Below are positions 39,730 through 54,962 of a stretch of DNA of 64,000 nucleotides, one piece after another (the first letter of the stretch is position 1; each line of letters starts with the position of its first letter). The DNA lies in contig OX597814.1 of the NCBI GenBank assembly GCA_951406725.2, positions 210,490,001 through 210,554,000 of the forward strand, written 5' to 3'. Below the pieces are notes generated by a model. The model had not been told where the DNA came from, ran no database searches, and saw only the letters and a list, made by a program, of their open reading frames with translations. Source of the DNA: Octopus vulgaris. Taxonomy: Eukaryota. A program made the position numbers and the translations under genes.

Positions 39730-40671
39730 CGTTAAATAAGAAAGAAGAAGAAATGCAGAAATTTTCCTTCGCTGTCAACGAATTCATTGACTCATCATTT
39801 GGGAGCCCAAACATAAGCTGCCTTTCTGAACGTGCGTACGTTTAAAACGATTCATATTCCAACCTACTGTATTTTAAAACTCATCCGTGAAAGCGATGTT
39901 TATGGCATGAAAGTAAGTTTCTTTTTATGAGATTTTAAAATTCTCAATTTAAATAATAAAAGAATATTTACGGTAACGTAAAGCATGAAGGAAACCCAAG
40001 CACATTAATTCTTTCCTCAGCTGAGCAACGAATGGCTGAGAAAGTTAAAATAGCAGTTACACATTTTTGCTATAGATCATATCTATATTTATCTTGTTTA
40101 AAAGAAATAAAACTGAATCAAAATTATATGAAAAGGAAGTATTAAAAATATAGTATTTTCATAACAGAGTGCCCAGAATCTGTGTGACAGGAAGAAAAAT
40201 CGCACAGAGGAATGTTTTCAACGATGCTCGGGTATAAGAAATACATGGCATATTCGATTAATACCTTTTATATTGCTTTCTTTCTTTTACACATTAAATT
40301 AAGAGAAGAATAACAGGCAAAGAAAGGGAAAAAGAAGCAAAAAATAAATAAACAAAGCGTGTGAAGTAATGTTTTGTCATGAAATCTCAGGTGAGGCTTA
40401 ATCAGTTTACTGCGAGAAATATTTTTGAATGTTCATATATATATTGCTTATAAAGGCATCAGATATTAATCAATAAACGATACAAGAATTAGATTGAGCA
40501 GGAGAGTGGAAAGATAATGTACAAAATCGTAAAGAATTTATCTTTAAAAACACTACAAAAAAATATATAGTATTTATTTTATAAAAAGTAAAGTATTTAG
40601 GGAACTGTTTCAAGAAATGAAGACATACATAGAAATATTGAAAGCGGGAAATAAGAAATGGGAAGAGAATA

Positions 40672-40708
<37 letters not shown>

Positions 40709-40727
40709 ATATATATATATATATATA

Positions 40728-40784
<57 letters not shown>

Positions 40785-40811
40785 TGTGTGTATGCATGTA
40801 TATACATACAT

Positions 40812-40854
<43 letters not shown>

Positions 40855-42042
40855 TACATACATACATATATACATACATATATATACATACATACATAAA
40901 TATATTTAGGAGTGTGTGTGTTTTTATATGAATAAATACACATATATGTATGAACGTATTGTGAATACGTGGGTATATATATGTGTATGTGTGCGTATGT
41001 GTGAGCGTGTTTTGCTTGTGGGTAGGGACATTTCTAAGTGCTTGTGAAAGAGGAATGAGAAAGGAATGCTCACAAACATATATAGGTAAATAGGCACTAA
41101 GTTAGGGAAATAGGAAAAATAATCAATGTGCAAATGAAATATACATTAGAATAAAACAAAGTAAAATCTAAATTGAATATTCGCTAAAGGTGAAATATCT
41201 TTCATGCAGTGGGTAGAATATGCTAAGCTATTCCTATCCTACGGAAAGAAATCAAATAAAAAGCAAAAGTATGCTCTTTCCGAATTAAAGTGTTTAAATA
41301 ATGAACGCTTTACAATTGATATATCCCTTTGGGATATGGATTCTCAACTGAGAATAGCTGTAGGATGGGGATATGATCTGAAACCTGCATCAAGGAATGA
41401 CAGCCTACTTGAATGAATGGCTCAGCCATCTTTTCCTCTCTTGAGCGTGTTTTTTTTTTTTTTTTGACATTTTCCCCACTCCTTTCTATTTCGTTCTCAC
41501 TTGATTCAGGCCATTCTTCTCGGAAGTGCTGAAGAGCATATTTTGTGATCTTGACATTTTTGTGAGCATTAGGAATTCAGAATTTATATTTTTATTATCA
41601 ATTCTGGGAATCTTAGAAAAACTTGCATATACAATAGAGTAGAAAAGTATTTGCTGCTTGATGAAGTTTGAACATGTGTTTCGGATCCATTAAGAGATAT
41701 ATTGTTGATCTTTCTGTTTCTGAAATCAAAATGCTTCCCAAATAAAATGATTCAGTATCTGAGCTGGTTCATTATTCCAACAGAGTTTATAACAAGACAA
41801 TCCTCCTTCACTCTGCTATAACAGGTAGAAGCCGCAAGTCTCCAGGTTTCTCATTTAATACAAAAAACTGTTATATGATTCATTACTACAGCATTAACAT
41901 TTGCGGGTTTACTCTTGCCCTCCACAGATTTTCATACAGATATACTCGAATAGCTGTAATGTGCCATCGTTGGGTGGGAAAATTAATCGTTCACCCATTT
42001 AAGCCAGTGTTTCTCTATGTTGTGACTATGCGTGTGTGCATA

Positions 42043-42443
42043 TCTTTATATATAAAAGAGAGGTTGTGTGTCTGTCTCTTACGATTTAGATTCCTAACTA
42101 CTCCCACATTTTGCGGTGCAGTTTAACCAAAACCGGGTATCTTATAATCGTGATTCATATCGAGCCCTTCTGGGTATTAGCGCGCGTCTACGACGAGTCT
42201 ACGATTTAAAAAAGAAATTACCATAATTTTTTTTCCATTTTAATGCCTTTTTTCGCTATTATATAAGGGAAGTAACTCTATTATAAAAATGTCTACGATG
42301 AGTCAACGATTTAAAAAAAAAATTACAATCATTTTTTTCCATTTTTAATGCATCTGTTTGCTATTTTTTGGCTATAACTCTCTAAAAAGGCTTATATAGT
42401 TATTTCCCTTACAAACCCGAATAACGCCGGGCGATACTGCTAG
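42043..42443 (+). mobile_element. Non-autonomous Helitron, about 400 bp
   Basis: 5' A|TCTTTATATATAAAAG; 3' hairpin cccg-aataacgc-cggg then 8 nt then CTAG|T; internal direct repeat gtctacga(c/t)gagtc(t/a)acgatttaaaaaa. Confidence 0.8.
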
Positions 42444-42584
42444 TTTATTCTAAAATCTTCAACAACTGAATTTTGCACGCTATTACAACAATGATACTAA
42501 AATAAACGCTGCACTTGTTCTATTAGTTGTCTTACGTACCGTGAAATATTACATATTTTGTACATAGTAATTTTTCTTCTTTAG

Positions 42585-42742
42585 GCACACAACCCGAATT
42601 TTCTTTTACGTGGGGGTGTCAAGTCGATTAGATCGACGCCATTACGCAACCGGTGCTTAATTTTTCGACCTCGAAAAGGTGAAAGCAACGTCGACCTCGG
42701 TGGAATTTGAACTCAGAACGTACAGAGAGACGAAATACCGGT
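42585..42742 (-). mobile_element. SINE family B fragment
   Basis: gtcgacctcggtggaatttgaactcagaacgta..gacgaaataccg. Confidence 0.75.
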
Positions 42743-42779
42743 AATATATATGCATGTATATTTGTATTTGTCTACTGTT

Positions 42780-43545
42780 TTGTGTGTATTCCACTGATGA
42801 GGCGAAGCATTTCTTGTAGACAGCCAGAAATGTGGTCGACCTAACTGTGGTACAAGCCCCCACCTTTTGGAGGGTTCAGAGTTCTTTTTTATACAAGGTG
42901 AAATATTTAAGATTAAATCAAATTTCACCTGTGCCACGGGAAATCTAATCTATGCCATTATATGTTTAGGGTGTGTTAATTATATTGGCCAGACAGGGAT
43001 ATCAGTCTGTCGAAGAACCACTCACGACAAAGAACAATCCCGCCACTCACAATACAGACAGATACAGATCAGTGAAGAGATCGAAAAATGCGCTAGGAAT
43101 ATTAATCCTAATTTTCCCCTTCTATCACTGTTAACTGGACACATCAGTACAACAAAGAATAAATCAAGTGGCAACTTTCATCAATAAAAATCTTCCACAA
43201 CTCAATATGAACACATAGCATATTACAGGACACTACTAACCTTTCAATTAATACACTAACCCCCATACATCCCATATACCATTCACATTACAGATCTGTA
43301 TCTACTCTAATTGCAGTACATCCAGAACTACTTTTACTCATAATCGTTTTACTCAGGGACTAGTAGACCTGACACCGTTCAGTAATCGGTGTAGATTCAA
43401 AGCAAAGTTAATAAGTTTACGAAACCGGTATGCTTATAAATATATTTAACAATTCACAATAATGGCATTTATTACTTTTATTCCTACCTCACTTCATCTA
43501 ATTGTATATATCTTTCATTACTTTTCATAAAATCCCTTTATATTT
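42780..43545 (+). mobile_element. Penelope-like element remnant: GIY-YIG endonuclease (42867-43187) between hammerhead-like relics
   Basis: FKIKSNFTCATGNLIYAIICLGCVNYIGQTG is a PLE GIY-YIG with its cysteine motif. cca-CTGATGA-ggc..gcc-a-GAAA lies upstream (42791) and GAAACCGGTA downstream (43421). Confidence 0.8.
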
Positions 43546-43593
43546 TTGATTTCCAATGTGCATTTTCACTTATGTTTATTCTTACTTTCCCCC

Positions 43594-43678
<85 letters not shown>

Positions 43679-43680
43679 CC

Positions 43681-43725
<45 letters not shown>

Positions 43726-43731
43726 GCATAC

Positions 43732-43778
<47 letters not shown>

Positions 43779-44412
43779 GTGAGATAGAGGGAGACGGAGA
43801 TGGATAAATAGACAGAGATTGATAAGTATATCGATAAACAGACAGGTAAATTACTGTATATAAGAATAGAAAGGTGTATGTAGAATGAAATATTTATTGC
43901 ATTAAAGATAACAAAATTATATATATATGAGCTATATATGTGTGTCTGCATGTGTGTATGCATAAACAGGTTGCCATCAAGAAGAAAAAGAAGACGAAGA
44001 AGAGAGAGAGAGAGAGGCGCGGGAGAGAGAGACAGAAATTTATGAATTTGTATTCAAATGCAAAAATGATGCCATTTTCGCATGATCTCCACACCTACAT
44101 TTAGTAGTTCTTACTACATAAATGACAAGTTCCTATAATAAATTACAATTGTCCAACAACTGCAGCTGTAACAGCATTCTCAAGCTGGTAATGTATACGT
44201 TAATTTGCGTTGTTGAATTTCAATTATAATTTGGTTATAGTGAAAATCTCTCCGAGAGGCCTGTCGGTTTCTGAGATAAGTAAAACAACCCCGTAATTTA
44301 CATGCGGTGTCACAAGATCAGGTATGATGATTTAAGCACATATAGATGTATGAAACTGAAACTACAGCTGATTTCAAAACCATGTGTATGTATATAGGCA
44401 TATGCATTTACA

Positions 44413-44478
<66 letters not shown>

Positions 44479-44513
44479 TATACATACATACATATATATA
44501 TACATACACACAC

Positions 44514-44552
<39 letters not shown>

Positions 44553-44556
<4 letters not shown>

Positions 44557-44758
44557 GGAAAATTTACGAAAATAAACAAAAGACGTAGGCAGGTGGTGTT
44601 CAAACAAACAAATGTATTAGTATAGCTATCAGGAATAGAAATAGTCTTTTACGTTTCGAGCCTACGCTCTTCGACAGAAAAATACACAGAAAAAAAACTA
44701 GGAGAGAAACAAAGAGAGAAAAAATGCGTGTCGTAGCTAACGATCTATCATGGCGTCC

Positions 44759-44762
<4 letters not shown>
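44553..44762 (-). mobile_element. PLE pLTR-like solo repeat with minimal hammerhead variant (44645-44683)
   Basis: Minus strand: ttttt-CTGTCGA-a-gagc-gtag-gctc-GAAA-CG-TA-aaaga. The element lies between two (TA)n tracts. Confidence 0.65.
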
Positions 44763-44799
<37 letters not shown>

Positions 44800-46594
44800 T
44801 AGACAAATACACTAAACCAATAAGTTTACGACAACGCATCTGTTTTGAGTATCATAAACAGATAATATATATATATATATATATATATATCTGTTTATGG
44901 CACCAAAACAGATGCCTTGTGGAAAGCCTGCTAAACTAAGGTATTCGTCTGGACAAAGTCTTCTAATATCGTCCCATCGTGTTCAAAGAAAATAACAATT
45001 TTATCATCAGCATTTGAAAATAATACAGAAACGTTGGTGTCATTAAGGAATATGTAACTATGCTTCGTTGAGGTTTGCCAGTAGCACGGCATGCAAACAA
45101 AATTGGGCTCCCCCCCCCCACTGCTATAGTTTAGCTGTGAATAAATAATCAATGACACCGCATTCAGCCGGCAGACTGAACAACAGTTTATTATCACCGA
45201 CTGAAAGAGTATTTCTTCAAAATAGCTGTGTATCATACCTAAAGCACATATGGTGATGGAAGTCTGTTACACGTGTAGGCTAACAATCTTTCATAGTCGT
45301 GTAGAATCGAAAAGTAACTTCTTTTAATGATGTGTAATCACTGAGTCATTATCCACTATGCAGGGCTAGAATCAACGGCATTGCCATTGTACCCATAATC
45401 ATCTTATCTGGTTTATCAGGAACGTGCATCTACGACAATATAATTCAAAGTGTTCATGTTATGTGGGAAACTTTTCTTCTTATTATTATTAACAAATAGA
45501 ATAAGTCAGAGATTTTAATATTAAAAAGTATGCTTGTATAATTTTATGATATATGAAACTTTAATATTGCGCTGATTTGTTAAACGCATTAAAAGAAACT
45601 GCGCTTTAAGTGTTATTTTAAATATATGGTATCTAAATGTATCTCAAATAGAAAATATGCACATGCATACTGCTGCATATGCATTACTTTTGGACAATAT
45701 ACGTGATGGAAATAACATTTAATCGTGTCAAAAGAACCAAGTAATGTAAATGATACTTATACAGTTACAAAAATAGGTAGCAGACACTTAATAAAATCTA
45801 AGCATTCAACTTTTAGTTTATATGCCCACAAACGGTATTCTCAATTCGATTGAACTTAATGTATATTCAGTTTTATACAAAGCATACAAAGTTTCCAAGA
45901 AGCGGATTGTAACGAAAGTTATAAAAACATTAAATATAAGATCAAAGCGACAATTATATCAAATATATGCAAGAAAGCTACAAATATACCAACCGTTCTT
46001 GATACTAATACAAACAATAATTCTAAGAATTTCAATATGTCACATCTGTTCGCTTTTATGTGGAGATGCTTAGAAGATATTTCTATCTGTGTTTCATTGT
46101 ATGGAAATAGTTTTGTATAATTAATTTCACTGCATTGGAAATTTCTCCGAAGGTGGAAACAAGATGTTGTGACGCTTAGACTTATCTCAAACATACTGGA
46201 AATATAATTGAATTGTTACATGAAGCGGTAACCTAAACTATGTCCTTAGTTACAATGCTATATAAATATATCATAATGATGAAAATATGAAAGATGAATA
46301 TAACAATGACATGGCTAAAATAGCGACGATATTAATGATGATGATGACAAACTGACTGAAATTCCTAATAATGGTGGTGATAGGCTTGGTTGTAGTAGCG
46401 GTGAGATGTATATAATGGTAGTGCACAAGCGATGGTATTGGGCGATGGCTGGAATGATGTAGTTAGGCGAAATGGATTTTAAAGGCTTATACACGCACAC
46501 ACATACACACACAAATCACAAACATATATAAATATATATATATATATATATACTATCTCTCTCTTTATATACTCATTTACTCTTTTATATACTC

Positions 46595-46965
46595 ATTTAC
46601 TCTTTTACTTGCTTCAGTCAGTTGACTGTAGCCATGCTGGAGCACCGCCTTTAGTCGAGTGAACAAATCGACCCCAGGACTCATTCTATCGGTTGTTTTG
46701 CCGCACTGCTATGTTACGGGGGCGTGAACACACCAGCGTTGGTTTTCAAACGATGTTGGGGGGACAAACACAGACGCACAATCATACACACACTCACACA
46801 CATACATACGACGGGCTTATTTCAGTTTCGTCTACCAATTACACTCACAAGGCTTTGGTCGGCCCGAGGCTGTAGTAGAAGACACTTGCCCAAGGTGCCA
46901 CGCACTGGGACTGAACCCGGACATGTGGTTCTTAAGCAAGCTACTTACTACATTGCCACACCTAT
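46595..46965 (-). mobile_element. tRNA-derived SINE family A
   Basis: Reverse complement of the full copies, with small deletions. Confidence 0.88.
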
Positions 46966-46996
46966 ACCAATATTTTATCTTTTCCCTGTTCCATTT

Positions 46997-47230
46997 AAGA
47001 GCTGATCCTTCATTTCCTGCCTCCCTTTTCGGCACCCTTTCTGTTCAATGGGCAGTAGGCCATTTATTAACTACTATCTGTGCAGTTCATCGGCCAAAGC
47101 ACCTGACATTAGTTCCCACATTAGAGGAAGGCATGCTATTGGTCTAAAGTTGGACGAAACATGTCCTTTTTCGGGGTCCTTAGCACATAACAATACCTTT
47201 CACAATTGTCATCAAGCTGGGTACTGCATT
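46997..47230 (-). mobile_element. R4/Dong-like reverse transcriptase fragment
   Basis: Minus strand reads LCAKDPEKGHVSSNFRPIACLPLMWELMSGALADEL...GLLPIEQKGCRKG..EMKDQL. Next to (TTA)n. Confidence 0.85.
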
Positions 47231-47248
47231 CATTATTATTATTATTAT

Positions 47249-47450
47249 TGAGTGAGAGAGAAGCACATACCATCAAATAGACACTGGGCTAAAATATACT
47301 ACGCCCGATATACCCATCATGACAAGCCATCTAGTAAAGGTACACTGCACATGCATCACAACCATGTGTGCGCGATAATGTCATCTCACGCGTGATCTTC
47401 CTGTGGGTCCTAGTTAGAATTTCGAGTTCAGTAGTCCATCCCGCTTAACG
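47249..47450 (-). mobile_element. Diverged 3' fragment of the 560-bp (TAA)n-associated element
   Basis: Reverse complement of about 48935-49158. Confidence 0.8.
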
Positions 47451-47461
47451 TTCCAGTTTGT

Positions 47462-47827
47462 TATCATTATTATTCAGTAGTTTTATTTTTATAACGTGCT
47501 TTCACTTCACTACCGAGCGCAGCTCTGTGTGTCTTGGGTATGTGCTGTGGTTTGTTGTGATGCTCTCATGGTTACTGTATTGAGTGTGTTTTGCGTAGGA
47601 TGTGTGCGGTGCCCAGTAGTGCAATTTTCTGTATGTTATATATATTTGTAAGTCCTGGTGTTTTTGTTATGTAATTGTCTGAATATTTCTTATCGTACCT
47701 AATGATCCTACTATGATAGGAATTGTTTCTGTTTTTAGATTCCACATTCGAGTTACCTCTATTTCCAGGTCTTTGTGTTTTGAAATTTTCTCCATTTCTT
47801 TTAGAGAAAAGTTGTCATCTGCTGTCA

Positions 47828-47830
<3 letters not shown>
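47462..47830 (-). mobile_element. R4/Dong-like LINE 3' end (endonuclease C-terminus and UTR)
   Basis: KEMEKISKHKDLEIEVTRMWNLKTETIPIIVGSLGTI...IQKIALLGTAHILRKTL. TTA repeats on both sides. Confidence 0.88.
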
Positions 47831-47890
<60 letters not shown>

Positions 47891-47904
47891 GCACACACAT
47901 ATAC

Positions 47905-48435
47905 AATGTATTGGGAGCTTTGTGGAAATCACGGTCTACAAGGAGGAAAGACGTTGTAAGTCACGGAGAATGAAAATAGCTAAATCCTGTGAGATACAAT
48001 AATTCATTGTCATAACCTGATCAGACATCGGAAACCGAACATTGTGGTGGTGGAAAAAATGAAAGAATATCCATAATAGTCGAGAAAGCATATGTCGGCG
48101 TCAACAGGATCAAAGAGAATAAAGAAAAACTGAACAACTATGACGACTTAAAGTGAGAAATACGAAATTTGCGGTCAATGGGGAAAGTAAACGTGGTACC
48201 AGTAGTTATTGCGGCACTTGGATGTATCAGCACTCAACTTCCATCATGGTTTAAAAGACTTGCACAAATGCAAAGTGTACGACACCTACAAAAACCCAAC
48301 ATTGTTAGGAACTGCAAGAATTCTTCTCAGGGTTCTTGAAGTATAACCAGTAAATGTGTGTCACTATTGTCTGCTTGCTGTGGGCAGCTGGCACTTTCCA
48401 TCTTACCCAGCAAAACAAGCTGTGAGTATGCATCA
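47905..48435 (+). mobile_element. R4/Dong-like LINE 3' end, different subfamily
   Basis: YWELCGNHGL..RHRKPNIVVVEK..EKLNNYDDLK*EIRNL..VNVVPVVIAALGCIS..LLGTARIL, followed by (AAC)n(AAT)n. Confidence 0.85.
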
Positions 48436-48447
48436 AACAACAACAAC

Positions 48448-48485
<38 letters not shown>

Positions 48486-48511
48486 TAATAATAATAATAA
48501 TAATAATAATG

Positions 48512-48600
<89 letters not shown>

Positions 48601-48604
<4 letters not shown>

Positions 48605-49158
48605 GCCCTGATACAGTACCAGGCAATGGCTCTCATGGCTTCTGATCTTAACTGATTGGAAGTGTTATCATGTACATTGTTTTGTCTTGGTATAAAAGAT
48701 GGGCTACAGCAAATATTCTGCTCAATACCACAGATTTGCTTGTCAGTTGTTTGACCTTAACCAGTTGAGCATGTCCCTTAGTGGCTGACGATATGTGCAT
48801 CTCTGATCACGAGCAGAAGTAGTGGGGGAGCATCATAACCATGTGTTGAGAGGGATTCTTTGGGGTTTGAATAATTCACCTCTGGAAACATGGGTAGTTC
48901 TTTCAACATCCTTAAACAACCCTTATTCAGGGACCGCTTGAGCGGGATGGGCTACTCAACCTGAAGAAAATTCTAACTGGGCCCCACCTGCAAGATCATG
49001 AGCTATTTATCTTGATATGAGATCTCCATGTCGCGCACATATGGTTGTGATGCATGTGCCTGGTGTGCCCTTATCAGACGGGTAGTCATGATGGGTATAT
49101 TGGGCTTCGTATATTTTACCCCAGTGTCACTTTGATGGCATGAACTGCTCTCTCACTC
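48601..49158 (+). mobile_element. 560-bp non-coding element bounded by (TAA)n, copy 1
   Basis: Sharp TAA boundaries. Near-identical copy at 50884-51441 and a diverged inverted fragment at 47249-47450. Confidence 0.75.
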
Positions 49159-49180
49159 AATAATAATAATAATAATAATA

Positions 49181-49231
<51 letters not shown>

Positions 49232-49835
49232 TACTAATATCAACAACGATATGTCAGTATATACTTGTGCGTGCATGTGTGTGTGTATGTGTGTGTGTGT
49301 GTGTTTAGGTGTTAGAAATTTAACTTATTTTGGCATTACTTCAAGTTCCTTAGAAGCAGAGCACGAGACAACTCAGATTTTACGGTTCAGAATAATGATA
49401 CGTATAAAGCACTTCTGTGTGAGATAAGTTTTGGGCCTTCTCGTTTCATTCTTAGATCACGTGCGGAAATTAGTTACATAACTTTAAGAGATACTCCTCG
49501 TTGCGATTCCACGTCATGCAATACTTAAGGTCGTATAGTTTGTGATTATTAGGTTACTTAGCGATGTCGTTTAGAAATGGAATTAATAATTGGCATTCCG
49601 AATAATGTGGATAGTATACTTTAGGTGTCACTCTACTTATCAATATAACAATATGTCATGGTCACATGCTAGTTCTTAATCTGGTTATTGTAAGGGTGAT
49701 GCATTTCTGCTCCATATCATCACTGGTAGCGAGTACTTGTAGTTAGAAGTGGAATAATCACTTTATGTGTTGATTATACTTAAATTGTGCATAGATATTA
49801 TCAAGTTCATAAATACTTTTTTTGTTTTCTTTCTG

Positions 49836-49896
<61 letters not shown>

Positions 49897-49971
49897 CGAC
49901 CAATAATACCATATTTGTTCCACGTCCTCGCGTTGTTGTGCTTTTTTGTGCTTTCTTGTTTGGATTAACTT

Positions 49972-50046
<75 letters not shown>

Positions 50047-50649
50047 TTATAATGTGATATATGAATTTTCCTTTAGTTGGCTATTGCAGACATGTGGAGG
50101 TATAGTTTTCTTTGAAGTTAGCAGAGCAAAGGAAACTATAAAGTCTCCCTCGTTGGTTCTCTTCATTAGTTATATATTTTTGACAGGCACCAATTCAAAA
50201 CTTTAAGAGGTTTAATTAAAGGGACAAAGGCATTTCAGGTGTGATCATCTTCCAGGTTTACTTGCATATTTGCACGTACGTGAAAATATATGCAGTGCAA
50301 ATATATGCGTGTGCATATAATACATACATTCATAAGTGTTTTTATGAGTGTGTAGATGTGCGTGCGTGCGTGTGTGTGTCTGTGTGTGTCTATGTACCAT
50401 GAGACTATAATACGCAAATTAGGCATGCAGGTCATTTTAAAGTGGATTTTAAGCAGGTCTAGTACTGTATGCCTACACGTTGTTTACTGTACTTTGCTAA
50501 AGAAAGACTATCAACTCAGAATTCCCTTTTTTATGTCTTCAAAAAAATTTGATTTAAATTATATTTCTATAGTTATTTCAAGTCTCAGAATCGAAGTTTA
50601 CAGATTTAAAATTTATATTACACAATTACAAATGTAACGCCAATAGTGT

Positions 50650-50697
<48 letters not shown>

Positions 50698-50835
50698 CAA
50701 TACTACTGCTGCTGCTGCTACTGCTGCTGCTATTGCTGCTGCTGCTGCTGCTGCCACTGCACTTCTGTTAATACTACTACTACTTATACTACTACTAATA
50801 CTACTACTACTATTAATGATGATGGTGAAGATGAT

Positions 50836-50883
<48 letters not shown>

Positions 50884-50887
<4 letters not shown>

Positions 50888-51441
50888 GCCCTGATGCAGT
50901 ACCAGGCAGTGGCTCTCATGGCTTCTGATCTTAACTGATTGGAAGTGTTATCATGTACATTGTTTTGTCTTGGTATAAAATATGGGCTACAGCAAATATT
51001 CTGCTCAATACCACAGATTTGCTTGTCAGTTGTTTGACCTTAACCAGTTGAGCATGTCCCTTAGTGGCTGACGATATGTGCATCTCTGATCACGAGCAGA
51101 AGTAGTGGGGGAGCATCATAACCATGTGTTGAGAGGGATTCTTTGGGGTTTGAATAATTCACCTCTGGAAACATGGGTGGTTCTTTCAACATCCTTAAAC
51201 AACCCTTATTCAGGGACCGCTTGAGCGGGATGGGCTACTCAACCTGAAGAAAATTCTAACTGGGCCCCACCTGCAAGGTCATGAGCTATTTATCTTGATA
51301 TGAGATCACCATGTCGCGCACATATGGTTGTGATGCATGTGCCTGGTGTGCCCTTATCAGATGGGTAGTCATGATGGGTATATTGGGCTTCGTATATTTT
51401 ACCCCAGTGTCACTTTGATGGCATGAAATGCTCTCTCACTC
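50884..51441 (+). mobile_element. 560-bp non-coding element bounded by (TAA)n, copy 2
   Basis: Near identical to 48601-49158. Confidence 0.75.
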
Positions 51442-51494
<53 letters not shown>

Positions 51495-52006
51495 TAATAA
51501 TATCAACAACGATATGTCTGTATATACTTGTGCGTGCATGTGTGTGTGTATGTGTGTGTGTGTGTGTTTAGGTGTTAGAAATTTAACTTATTTTGGCATT
51601 ACTTCAAGTTCCTTAGAAGCAGAGCACGAGACAACTCAGATTTTACGGTTCAGAATAATGATACGTATAAAGCACTTCTGTGTGAGATAAGTTTTGGGCC
51701 TTCTCGTTTCATTCTTAGATCACGTGCGGAAATTAGTTACATAACTTTAAGAGATACTCCTCTTTGCGATTCCACGTCATGCAATACTTAAGGTCGTATA
51801 GTTTGTGATTATTAGGTTACAATATGTCATGGTCACATGCTAGTCCTTAATCTGGTTATTGTAAGGGTGATGCATTTCTGCTCCATATCATCACTGGTAG
51901 TGAGTACTTGTAGTTAGAAGTGGAATAATCACTTTATGTGTTGATTATACTTAAATTGTGCATAGATATTATCAAGTTCATAAATACTTTTTTTGTTTTC
52001 TTTCTG

Positions 52007-52051
<45 letters not shown>

Positions 52052-52126
52052 CGTCCAATAATACCATATTTGTTCCACGTCCTCGCGTTGTTGTGCTTTT
52101 TTGTGCTTTCTTGTTTGGATTAACTT

Positions 52127-52200
<74 letters not shown>

Positions 52201-52794
52201 CTTATAATATGATATATGAATTTTCCTTTAGTTGGCTATTGCAGACATGTGGAGGTATAGTTTTCTTTGAAGTTAGCAGAGCAAAGGAAAATATAAAGTC
52301 TCCCTCGTTGGTTCTCTTCATTAGTTATATATTTTTGACAGGCACCAATTCAAAACTTTAAGAGGTTTAATTAAAGGGACAAAGGCATTTCAGGTGTGAT
52401 CATCTTCCAGGTTTACTTGCATATTTTCACCAACGTGAAAATATATGCAGTGCAAATATATGCTTGCGCATATAATACATAAATTCATAAGTGTTTTTAT
52501 GAGTGTGTAGATGTGCGTGCGTGCGTGTGTGTGTGTGTGTGTGTGTCTATGTACCATGAGACTATAATACGCAAATTAGGCATGCAGGTCATTTTAAAGT
52601 GGATTTTAAGCAGGTCTAGTACTGTATGCCTACACGTTGTTTACAGTACTTTGCTAAAGAAAGACTATCAACTCAGAATTCCCTTTTTTATGTCTTCAAA
52701 AAATTTGATTTAAATTATATTTCTATAGTTATTTCAAGTCTCAGAATCGAAGTTTACAGATTTAAAATTTATATTACACAATTACAAATAGTGT

Positions 52795-52832
<38 letters not shown>

Positions 52833-52980
52833 ATACTACTACCAATACTACTGCTGCTGCTGCTACTGCTGCTGCTATTGCTGCTGCTGCTGCTGCCACT
52901 GCACTTCTGTTAATATTACTACTTATTATACTACTACTAATACTACTACTACTACTATTAATGATGATGGTGAAGATGAT

Positions 52981-54962
<1,982 letters not shown>

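Larger units (their letters stand above)
48601..52980. repeat. Tandem segmental duplication (units 48601-50883 and 50884-52980)
   Basis: Collinear near-identical units, offset 2283 bp at the start. Unit 2 lacks about 92 bp (49558-49649). Scattered SNPs and microsatellite length differences. Confidence 0.95.
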
